Positions 36,577 through 44,218 of a stretch of DNA of 48,743 nucleotides are shown here, piece by piece. The notes beneath the pieces are model-generated. The model was not told the origin of the DNA. It did no database searches and saw only the letters and a list, made by a program, of their open reading frames with translations. Position numbers and translations under genes: made by a program. This DNA comes from Candidatus Saccharimonadales bacterium (GTDB lineage Bacteria; Patescibacteriota; Saccharimonadia; Saccharimonadales; UBA4665): assembly GCA_035547775.1 (NCBI GenBank), contig DASZUC010000033.1, positions 1-48,743 on the forward strand, written 5' to 3'. Numbering within the stretch: position 1 is the first letter of the stretch; every line of letters begins with the position of its first letter.

Positions 36577-37279
36577 AAAGCACCTCCTCCAACTCCCGGC
36601 CGGCGCGTGAAACCAAATTCATCACGTCACGGTACTGTTGACGGGTTGGCCCTAGCGTACCGATGTAGCTTTGGTCGGAAAATGGGCTGCGGAAACGACT
36701 AATAATCAGGGTGGCGCCGGCACTGCGGCCAATGGGATTTTCTTGGCCGATATAAACACTCAAGGTTTCGTTCAGGGCCGCCTCGCGCAACCATGGTTCA
36801 AGATTATCCAGTAGGCCGGCTATCTGTTGCACCTGCATGGCATTCATAAACTCTGGCTGACCAAACAAATTCGACAGCCCACTCATATACAGCTGGTTGC
36901 CAATAGTAGCCAGACCAAGATTGTGCGTTAATTCGGCCAAGGTCTCAACGGCGTTACGGATCATTCGTTCGGGCGCTCCAGCCTGTTGCACGCGTGAAGC
37001 CAGAGCTTTTTCGGCGCGACCAGCGCTTGGCAATAGCGGAACATCGGTTTGGCTAAGGTTATTGACGTAAAAACGGTAGCCTTTGTCGGTGGGGATGCGG
37101 CCGGCGCTAGTGTGTGGCTGGGTGATGTAGCCCAAGCGCTCTAACTCCGCCATTTCCGCGCGGATGGTTGCTGAAGACACATTAAACACCTTCGCCATCA
37201 GACTACTCCCTACGGGGCTGGCTACTTCGGCATACTGTTCAACAATCGCATTTAAAATTTGCTTTTGTCGTTCACTCAT
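36569..37279 (-). CDS. hrcA: Heat-inducible transcriptional repressor HrcA (compact form)
   Basis: MSERQKQILNAIVEQYAEVASPVGS...SSATIRAEMAELERLGYITQPHTSAGRIPTDKGYRFYV is the HrcA winged-helix signature. GGAG lies 5 nt before the ATG at 37279; the alternative ATG is at 37294. About 236-241 aa versus roughly 340 aa in classical HrcA. Confidence 0.9.
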   Translation of the reverse strand: MSERQKQILNAIVEQYAEVASPVGSSLMAKVFNVSSATIRAEMAELERLGYITQPHTSAGRIPTDKGYRFYVNNLSQTDVPLLPSAGRAEKALASRVQQAGAPERMIRNAVETLAELTHNLGLATIGNQLYMSGLSNLFGQPEFMNAMQVQQIAGLLDNLEPWLREAALNETLSVYIGQENPIGRSAGATLIISRFRSPFSDQSYIGTLGPTRQQYRDVMNLVSRAGRELEEVLYG

Positions 37280-37379
37280 AATCGCTCCGCTCATGAGACA
37301 AACCTACGGTTTTCTCCTCGCGCCGGGCCAAAAGTGTGATTTTGGCACGGGCTGCTCTTTTCCCTTTTTAATAATGCTC

Positions 37380-37408
37380 ATTATACCGTTTTAGCACTCA
37401 AAACTCAA
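37380..37408 (-). promoter_or_regulatory. Sigma70-like promoter of the hrcA operon
   Basis: Minus strand: TTGAGT (37408-37403), 17-nt spacer, perfect TATAAT (37385-37380). The -35 box and spacer lie inside the CIRCE element. Confidence 0.6.
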
Positions 37409-37417
37409 GAGTGCCAG
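37391..37417. promoter_or_regulatory. CIRCE operator (HrcA binding site)
   Basis: TTAGCACTC-aaaactcaa-GAGTGCCAG compared with the consensus TTAGCACTC-N9-GAGTGCTAA. The left arm is perfect and the right arm matches 7/9. Confidence 0.85.
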
Positions 37418-37461
37418 TCCATCCGTAACGTGGTTACGCATCAGGGGCGAATCATGCTATA

Positions 37462-38082
37462 GTGCTTGGCATGCATGATAAGGTAGCCCGGCTACAAGAC
37501 TGGCTCGGCCAAGGGTCAATTAATATTTTTGGCCGACCCTACGCCGGCAAAGACACTCAAGGTGAAACACTGGCCGATTTGTTTGGTGCTGAGCTACTGG
37601 GCGGGGGTGAAATCTTGCGTAATAGCGTCATTCCGTCTGAAGTTCGACGGATTATGGATGCAGGTGACCTGATCCCAACAGCCGATTTTATCAGGATTGT
37701 TTTACCCTATTTGAGTGACGAAAAGTTTGCTAACAAGCCGCTCATTCTCAGTGCAGTGGGTCGCTGGCAAGGCGAAGAAGAAGGAGTGCTGCAAGCCACG
37801 CAAGCAGCCGGCCACCCTATCAAAGCCGTTATTTTTCTGAACACTAATGAAGCGTTGGTGCGCCAACGTCGTGAGCAAGGCATTGGCCAAGATCGCGGCT
37901 ATCGAGCTGACGATGCCGCTGACACCTTTGAAAAGCGCCTCACTGAATTCCGCGAAAAAACCTTGCCAGTTATTGAGTTCTACCGTCAAAATGATCTATT
38001 AATTGAAATAGATGGTAGCCCTAAACCGCCCGCTGTGACCGAGAGCATTCTGGATGCACTCCTTTTGCGTGCTCAATTGTAA
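37462..38082 (+). CDS. Adenylate kinase-like nucleoside monophosphate kinase (divergent P-loop)
   Basis: INIFGRPYAGKDTQGETLADLFGAELLGGGEILR parallels the adenylate kinase sequence GPPGAGKGTQ...ISTGD(L/M)LR. No zinc lid is visible. The ORF-track start is a GTG; an ATG lies at 37471. Confidence 0.6.
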   Translation: MLGMHDKVARLQDWLGQGSINIFGRPYAGKDTQGETLADLFGAELLGGGEILRNSVIPSEVRRIMDAGDLIPTADFIRIVLPYLSDEKFANKPLILSAVGRWQGEEEGVLQATQAAGHPIKAVIFLNTNEALVRQRREQGIGQDRGYRADDAADTFEKRLTEFREKTLPVIEFYRQNDLLIEIDGSPKPPAVTESILDALLLRAQL

Positions 38083-38693
38083 ACAACGCTACTGAAAACA
38101 CGCTGGCGTAAGGTGATTAGGCGAAAGAGAATAGTGTGCAGGTGAAGACCAAGCAAAAAAGCAATGGCAGCCAGCACTCCTTGCTCTAGATTATGCGAGC
38201 TATAAACAGCGCCAAGTGACCGCAGTGCCGACAGCGTATAGGGTACAAGTTGGCGGAAGAAAAAGACCGTATACACCACCCAAATTGCCAGCGACACGCA
38301 GCGCACAGCTAGCTGCTCAAGCACATTACGCAGCCTCTCTCGCCGCCGAGCGTGGACGTACTCAAGCTCCTCACGAAGCTCCACAGCCGAGTGGAAGGTT
38401 TGGTAAAGGCCGATCGCCAAGTAGTAAATAATAAAGCCGATGCCAATCCAGAAAATTAGCAATGGCAAATTACTAATCAGTCGATTATCCTTCACATGAC
38501 CAGTTAATTGATGGTAGGTGGAGCTCGAACTACTTCCTAGGTTAAATAGGCCCTGCTGCCATTGACTGCCTACAAAATGTGTCGACAGCAAGCCGGCCAG
38601 CACCAGCACGATCCACACCATACCGTCCAGGAAACCACTCAGCCAACTTGGCGTGAGCAGCGTTTTTATGGTGGTGATGTGAGCTTGTTTCAT
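38073..38693 (-). CDS. Integral membrane protein, unknown function
   Basis: 206 aa with about four TM helices. Its 3' end overlaps the kinase-like gene convergently by 10 nt. Confidence 0.6.
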   Translation of the reverse strand: MKQAHITTIKTLLTPSWLSGFLDGMVWIVLVLAGLLSTHFVGSQWQQGLFNLGSSSSSTYHQLTGHVKDNRLISNLPLLIFWIGIGFIIYYLAIGLYQTFHSAVELREELEYVHARRRERLRNVLEQLAVRCVSLAIWVVYTVFFFRQLVPYTLSALRSLGAVYSSHNLEQGVLAAIAFLLGLHLHTILFRLITLRQRVFSSVVYN

Positions 38694-38752
38694 GGTGATG
38701 ACTACTTGCCCGTATTGTACGGCAGTTGCAGCAGACTACCAAAGAGCTACTG

Positions 38753-40612
38753 TTAATCACGCTTGAGCATAACGGTGAAGGCTTCGGCCGGAATATCAAC
38801 TTTCCCGAAACGCTTAAGGCGTTTTTTACCCTTGGCTTGTTTGGCCAAAACCTTTTTCTTACGACTGACATCGCCACCATACAAGCCGGTGGTGACATCT
38901 TTTCGATAAGCACTAATGTCTTCACGAGCAATGAAGCGACCGCCAATGGCCGCCTGCAAACTAACTTGAAAGTTTTGGCGCGGAATGACTTCTTTGAGCT
39001 TACCGACCGTTTCACGACCCAGCCGATCGGCCTCGCTACGATGCACCATAATACTTAACGCGTTAACTATATCGCCGGCAACGTAAAAATCAACGCGCAC
39101 CAGATCTTCTGCACGATAATCAGCCAGCTCATAGTTGAACGAGCCATAGCCGCTGGTCAGACTTTTAAGTTGATCATAAAAATCGGTTAATAAATTAGCT
39201 AGGGGTGCTTCAAAACTAACCAAAGCTCGTTGATCAACATAACTGAGGTTGGTTTGGAGGCCACGCTTGCCGCTAATCAACTGGATGACTGGCCCGACGT
39301 AATCTTGTGGCACGACAATTTCACCAGTAATCCAAGGCTCGCGAATTTCACGAATCTTGGCTGGGTCGGGCAAATCGGCAGCACTTTTAATGTCGAGCTC
39401 TTCCCCGCTCAACAGACTAATTTGGTAATCGGTTGAGGGGTTGGTGACAATTAGTTCTAAATTATATTCACGCTCCAAACGCTCACGCACGATGTCCAGG
39501 TGGAGCAGTCCTAAAAAGCCAATCCGCACCCCGAACCCAAGCACTGGTGAGTTTTCGGGCGCAAACTGCAAGGCACTGTCGCTCAAACTGAGTTTTTCAA
39601 TGGCATCTTTGAGCTCCTGATAAAACTCATTTGATTCCGGGAAAAAACCGGCATAGACAAAAGGTTGCACGTTGCGATAGCCGGGTAAAGGTTCGGTGGC
39701 TGGTTGGGCCGCCAAAGTGATGGTGTCACCAACACGCGCATCACGCGTGGTTTTAAGATTGGTGACGATGTAGCCAATTTCACCGGCTTGTAGTTTGGCG
39801 CCGGGAGTCATGTCGGGCGTTAAGGCACCAACTTCTAGAGCAATACCTTCGGCACCGGTAGCCAGCATTTTAATCTGACTATTCTTGGCAATGGCGCCAT
39901 TAAATAAGCGTACGTACAAGATCACACCGCGATAATCATCGTAATAAGAGTCGAAAATCAATGCTCGTGTTTCAGTTTGAGCAGAAGTTTTCGGAGCTGG
40001 AACATCGGCCACAATCCGTTCCAGTACCATGTCTACACCTAGTCCGGTTTTGGCTGAGATTTGCAGAATGTCTTCTTTTTTGCAGCCCAGCAGGCTGATA
40101 ATTTCAGCGCTGACGCGGTCTACATCGGCTGCCGGCAGGTCAATTTTATTGAGCACAGGGATGATGGTTAGATCGGCAGCCATGGCTAAATAGACATTGG
40201 CCAAAGTCTGAGCCTGAATGCCCTGGCTGGCGTCAACTACCAGCAAGGCCCCTTCGCAAGCCTGCAGGCTTCGTGATACTTCATAGCTGAAATCGACGTG
40301 CCCGGGTGTGTCGATCAGGTTGAGCTCATACTCCTTGTCATCTCGAGCATCAGCGAGAGATCTTTTTTCTTCTGAAAAAGATTTCTCCCTTTCGGTCGAA
40401 ATGACAGTTTTGGAACGATAAGACATTCTAACTGGTGCAAGCTTAATGGTAATGCCCTTTTCGCGCTCTAGATCCATGCGATCCAAAAGCTGAGCCTTCA
40501 TGTCGCGGGCTTCAACCGTGCCAGTTAACTCCAGCAAGCGGTCAGCCAGCGTCGACTTACCGTGGTCAATATGAGCAATGATACAAAAATTCCGGATATG
40601 GTCCTGCTGCAT
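38753..40612 (-). CDS. lepA: Translation elongation factor 4 (LepA), carrying a ~23-aa in-frame insertion
   Basis: IRNFCIIAHIDHGKSTLADR (G1), RGITIK-type G2 (EKGITIK), LNLIDTPGHVDF (G3), NKIDL (G4), and the conserved C-terminal LKELIPRQ-like motif (LKEVIPRQNF). The extra segment TVISTEREKSFSEEKRSLADARD lies between G2 and G3. Confidence 0.97.
   Translation of the reverse strand: MQQDHIRNFCIIAHIDHGKSTLADRLLELTGTVEARDMKAQLLDRMDLEREKGITIKLAPVRMSYRSKTVISTEREKSFSEEKRSLADARDDKEYELNLIDTPGHVDFSYEVSRSLQACEGALLVVDASQGIQAQTLANVYLAMAADLTIIPVLNKIDLPAADVDRVSAEIISLLGCKKEDILQISAKTGLGVDMVLERIVADVPAPKTSAQTETRALIFDSYYDDYRGVILYVRLFNGAIAKNSQIKMLATGAEGIALEVGALTPDMTPGAKLQAGEIGYIVTNLKTTRDARVGDTITLAAQPATEPLPGYRNVQPFVYAGFFPESNEFYQELKDAIEKLSLSDSALQFAPENSPVLGFGVRIGFLGLLHLDIVRERLEREYNLELIVTNPSTDYQISLLSGEELDIKSAADLPDPAKIREIREPWITGEIVVPQDYVGPVIQLISGKRGLQTNLSYVDQRALVSFEAPLANLLTDFYDQLKSLTSGYGSFNYELADYRAEDLVRVDFYVAGDIVNALSIMVHRSEADRLGRETVGKLKEVIPRQNFQVSLQAAIGGRFIAREDISAYRKDVTTGLYGGDVSRKKKVLAKQAKGKKRLKRFGKVDIPAEAFTVMLKRD
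40336..40406. repeat. 71-bp imperfect palindromic element (copy 2), inside the lepA coding sequence
   Basis: Minus-strand reading: tgtcatttcgaccgaaagggagaaatct - 15-nt loop - agatctctcgctgatgctcgagatgaca. The first 16 nt are identical to copy 1 at 19560. The arms match as an inverted repeat at 20/28 positions. Confidence 0.75.
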
Positions 40613-40688
40613 GTCCAGACAGTATACCCTGTTACGGCAGTTTTTAACAGAGGTAGTTAATTGACTTACCTTTACCTATAGCAATCTG

Positions 40689-41156
40689 CTAGTTGTAATC
40701 TTTTTCGTATTCTGCGCTGATTGTTTGGAGTTTTCCATCAATGTCGTGATAGGTGAATTTGTAAGCTTGCTCGTCTCCTCGATTGCGGTAATCTAAGTCT
40801 TTGAGGTCACTTATGCTCTGTTTTAAAGTAGTGATATGGCTGTCTTTGCCATAAACATGATCTGGATTTTCCTGAACATCTTCTACCAGTTCACTAAGAG
40901 TTACTGGATATCTTCCGTAAATTGTGTAGTAAAGCGCCAAGACAGACTTAAGGACGGTGGCCGCATCTTTATTCTCTTTAAGCTTTGCGTCATGCAAAGC
41001 TCCACTTGGGGCGTCACTTATGGATGAGGACGGGGCCTTACCCTGGTGATGAGATATAACTACTGTGGCAACAATAACAAGTACTGCAACTCCTAGGCCA
41101 AGAAGCCGATGCATATCATACTGGATGGTGCCTGGAGATTTATGCGCTGTTGTCAT
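40689..41156 (-). CDS. Membrane-anchored hypothetical protein
   Basis: 155 aa with an N-terminal TM helix (LLGLGVAVLVIVATVVI). The extracytoplasmic part contains ALYYTIYGRYPVTLSELV, which faintly resembles pseudopilin globular domains, but there is no prepilin motif. Confidence 0.55.
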   Translation of the reverse strand: MTTAHKSPGTIQYDMHRLLGLGVAVLVIVATVVISHHQGKAPSSSISDAPSGALHDAKLKENKDAATVLKSVLALYYTIYGRYPVTLSELVEDVQENPDHVYGKDSHITTLKQSISDLKDLDYRNRGDEQAYKFTYHDIDGKLQTISAEYEKDYN

Positions 41157-41176
41157 AATTTGTTCCTTGCTTATTA

Positions 41177-41683
41177 CTAATCGTTAAGGTGTTGAATAGC
41201 GTAATCTGCCTGCGCTTCTGTGAATTCCTCGCCATATTGAGAGATTAGCTGGTCGTGAATGGCAGCCGGTGATAGGTTTTGATCATCTTGATATTCTTTC
41301 GCTTTAGCGAGAGCGTTGGCATCCCAATCGGCTTTTACATGTTTTATGGCGTACTTTGCTGCTGCTGCGGAAAACTGGCCACCATAATCGGAGACCAGCT
41401 GGTCGTAGACGCCTTGCTTAGACATATTCATCTCGTTGGCATAGCTGTCGGCCTGGTTGAGAGCTGATAAGTATTCTGCCGGAGTTTTAGGTTGGGGAGT
41501 CGGCTCAGTATCACTAGACTGGCTCACCGTTGAAGTGATGCTACTATCAACGGGTGCAACGTTGCTCGAAGTGCCATCATTCTTACCGCTACTTGTTGCG
41601 GCAGCTACGATACCCACGATTACTAGACCAATAATGACCGGTGCGATTCGATAACGTTTAAACCACTCTGGTTGACTTATCAT
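41177..41683 (-). CDS. Ltp-family (host cell surface-exposed lipoprotein-like) repeat protein, TM-anchored
   Basis: Two Ltp-type repeats: ALNQADSYANEMNMSKQGVYDQLVSDYGGQFSAAAAKYAIKHV and ALAKAKEYQDDQNLSPAAIHDQLISQYGEEFTEAQADYAIQHL. An N-terminal TM helix is present, but there is no lipobox Cys. Confidence 0.75.
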   Translation of the reverse strand: MISQPEWFKRYRIAPVIIGLVIVGIVAAATSSGKNDGTSSNVAPVDSSITSTVSQSSDTEPTPQPKTPAEYLSALNQADSYANEMNMSKQGVYDQLVSDYGGQFSAAAAKYAIKHVKADWDANALAKAKEYQDDQNLSPAAIHDQLISQYGEEFTEAQADYAIQHLND

Positions 41684-41775
41684 TGTCTTTCTCCTTCACT
41701 AATGGTTAATACTTAATTCTTATCATTAAAACAGATCTAAATCAACTTTATTATCACTTATAGTTAATAGACTTA

Positions 41776-42063
41776 GTGGGAGTGAATTGGCACTATCGGG
41801 CCATGGCCCGCACCTCCGCCGCACAGAAACTTGGTAAGCGTCTCAAGCAGTTGAGACATGAAGCAAATTTGACGCAAGAAAAGCTGAGCATTGCTACCGG
41901 CATCAGCCAAACCTACATATCTGGTATTGAAACTGGTCATCGTAATCCTTCTATCAAAACACTCGACAAAATTGCGAAAGCGTTAGGCGTGCGCCTATCA
42001 GACGTTACCAATTTTGATGATTATCGTTTCCGCGATCGCTCACGTTTTAGTCGTCATTTATAG
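41776..42063 (+). CDS. XRE-family helix-turn-helix transcriptional regulator
   Basis: LKQLRHEANLTQEKLSIATGISQTYISGIETGHRNPSIKTLDKIAKALGV is a canonical HTH_3 motif. The ORF-track start is a GTG; an ATG at 41803 is the alternative. Confidence 0.85.
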   Translation: MGVNWHYRAMARTSAAQKLGKRLKQLRHEANLTQEKLSIATGISQTYISGIETGHRNPSIKTLDKIAKALGVRLSDVTNFDDYRFRDRSRFSRHL

Positions 42064-42799
42064 ATTCCTCCGTCTCTTCCATTACACTGACATACCGTTT
42101 GGCCGTAATTATTAAGTGGTCCAGCAGGTCGATACCCAGGAGCTGCCCAGCAGCCACCAGTTGCTTAGTAATATCGATGTCACTGGCCGTAGGCTCCAGG
42201 CGACCCGAAGGATGATTGTGCGCCACAAGCACTGCAATGGCGCTGTGCTCTACCGCTGGCTGAAAAACTTCGCGCGGGTGCACAATATTTGCCGTCAGGC
42301 TGCCCACCGAAATTACTTCGTCATAGATAACCTGATAGCGACTATTCAGATACAGACCGCGCAATTGCTCTTTGTGGCTCTGCCCCATATCTTTCAGATA
42401 CTGATAGGCCTGCCGGGCATTGCGAACCTGGGCTAAACGGCCTGGCTGCTTAACTGCAAATCGGCGGCCCAATTCGAAACTGGCGACTAACTGAGCTGCC
42501 TTTGTGACTGAGATATCCAGCGCTTCACTCAGTCGCTGGGCACTGAATTCGTTGCCCAGGGCTTTATCGCCATACTCTTTGACCGTCCGCCGGGCCATCG
42601 CCAAGACATCTTCTTTAGGGCTGCCTGTGCCCCACACAATCGCCACCAACTCAGCCATCGAAAGATATGCCGGCCCTAATTCCAGCAAACGCTCTCTGGG
42701 CTTTTCATAGTCCGGCAATTCCTTGAAGCGAAGCGTGTAATTGTGCTGGCTATGCAACACCGCATCACGATCCCGCAACAGATAGGCTGGTCCTGTCAT
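42047..42799 (-). CDS. radC: RadC-family JAB/MPN-domain protein
   Basis: N-terminal HhH-like segment (PRERLLELGPAYLSMAELVAIVWGTG). C-terminal JAMM motif VAHNHPSGRLEPTASD. Confidence 0.88.
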   Translation of the reverse strand: MTGPAYLLRDRDAVLHSQHNYTLRFKELPDYEKPRERLLELGPAYLSMAELVAIVWGTGSPKEDVLAMARRTVKEYGDKALGNEFSAQRLSEALDISVTKAAQLVASFELGRRFAVKQPGRLAQVRNARQAYQYLKDMGQSHKEQLRGLYLNSRYQVIYDEVISVGSLTANIVHPREVFQPAVEHSAIAVLVAHNHPSGRLEPTASDIDITKQLVAAGQLLGIDLLDHLIITAKRYVSVMEETEESINDD

Positions 42800-42844
42800 A
42801 TTTCCAGCCTACAACCCTAAAATTAACTATTCATTAAATCCGCT

Positions 42845-44194
42845 CTACTTTGCCAGAGACTTTTTCGATTTTGGGTTCACAATAATTGCGTAGGAAATAA
42901 CGCCAGAAGCGATTGCCATTGCTCCGCACAGTATAATGGCAAATTTGTAATAACTATGTGTGCCGAATAGGCCCAAAATAGCCACCACAAATAAGCCAGA
43001 AACTCGAGCAACCGCGTTATTAATACCTGAGGCAATACCCGAGCTCGTTTCGTTGACCGAGGCCATAACCGTGACTGTTAGGGGCGCCACCAACAGGCTC
43101 ATACCGAAGCCAAACAGCAGCATGCCTGGCAAAATGTGCCATAAGTAGCTATTTGTGGCATGCAATTTATACATAGACAGAATGCCAGCCGCCGTGAACA
43201 GTGGACCCAACGTCATAAAGATACGTGGACCGAGACGTGCACTGAGAGCTCCGAAGCGCTTCGACAGCAGGAACAGGGCGATTGGCAATGGAAGCACACT
43301 CACCCCTGCCTTAATGCTCGAGTAGTGAAGAGCATTCTGTAGATAAATCACAAAGGCAAACAAGAAGCCGCCCAAAGCTCCATACATCATAAAGGTCATC
43401 AGATTGGAGCCACTGAAATTACGCGATGTGAATAGACCAAGTGGAACGATCGGATCTTTGACCCGCTTTTCGACATACAGAAAGGCAATTGAACAGATTA
43501 CTCCTGCTAGTAACGGCACCAGTGAACTCACGTGCCAGTGGTTAGTCGGCCCTTCAATCAACCCATAGGTAATCCCGGTTAAGGCTCCAATTGCCAGCAA
43601 ACTACCCGGCACATCAACGCGCCGCGGGTTCTGATCACGGCTTTCCTCAAAATTAGACCAGGCTAAAACTGCACACAGCGCTACAAAGGGTGGATTGATG
43701 AGGAAGATCCAGCGCCAACTGGTGACATCAAGTAAGTAGCCGCCTAAAATTGGCCCCAACGGTGCGAAGATAGCAATCCAGGCCGACCAGCTACCAATCG
43801 CAGCACCTCGCAATTTAGCGGGAAAATTGGTGTTAATAATCGCCAAGGCTCCCGGCACCAGCAAAGCCCCAAAAATGCCCTGGAGTAATCGGGCGCTAAT
43901 CAGAAAAGCCGTATTGGGAGCGAGCCCACACAGGAGCGAACTAATACCAAAGCCAATAATACCGATGAGGTACAGTTTTTTTCGACCAAAGATGTCGCCC
44001 AGCGAGCCACCAACGAGAATGAGCGCCGATAGGGATAACAAGAAGCTGTCAGCAATCCACTGCAAGTCAGCGAAGCTAGCATGTAAATTGTGAGCAATTT
44101 TTGGTAAGGCCAGATTGACGACCGTGCCGTCCAGGATAACAATTCCACTCCCTAGGATGGTGGCCAGCAATATAAGTGTTTGCCGTCGGGTCAT
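42845..44194 (-). CDS. MFS transporter (DHA2/EmrB-like drug:H+ antiporter type)
   Basis: 449 aa, polytopic. Contains the motif GGSLGDIFGRKKLY (MFS motif A) and LARLLQGIFGAL-like helices. Confidence 0.85.
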   Translation of the reverse strand: MTRRQTLILLATILGSGIVILDGTVVNLALPKIAHNLHASFADLQWIADSFLLSLSALILVGGSLGDIFGRKKLYLIGIIGFGISSLLCGLAPNTAFLISARLLQGIFGALLVPGALAIINTNFPAKLRGAAIGSWSAWIAIFAPLGPILGGYLLDVTSWRWIFLINPPFVALCAVLAWSNFEESRDQNPRRVDVPGSLLAIGALTGITYGLIEGPTNHWHVSSLVPLLAGVICSIAFLYVEKRVKDPIVPLGLFTSRNFSGSNLMTFMMYGALGGFLFAFVIYLQNALHYSSIKAGVSVLPLPIALFLLSKRFGALSARLGPRIFMTLGPLFTAAGILSMYKLHATNSYLWHILPGMLLFGFGMSLLVAPLTVTVMASVNETSSGIASGINNAVARVSGLFVVAILGLFGTHSYYKFAIILCGAMAIASGVISYAIIVNPKSKKSLAK

Positions 44195-44218
44195 GTAGCC
44201 AGTGTAACACCGAGTGTC

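Noticed and set aside
38941-39000. Possible third copy of the palindromic element arm (gcgcggaatgact) inside lepA
   Set aside because: It encodes the conserved LepA motif (K)EVIPRQ. The similarity is limited to about 9 nt, and there is no partner arm.
38542-39058. 157-aa minus-strand and 110-aa plus-strand ORFs overlapping the lepA 3' end and the neighbouring membrane-protein gene
   Set aside because: They are out of frame or antisense relative to two better-supported genes, with an implausible composition (runs of H, S and R).
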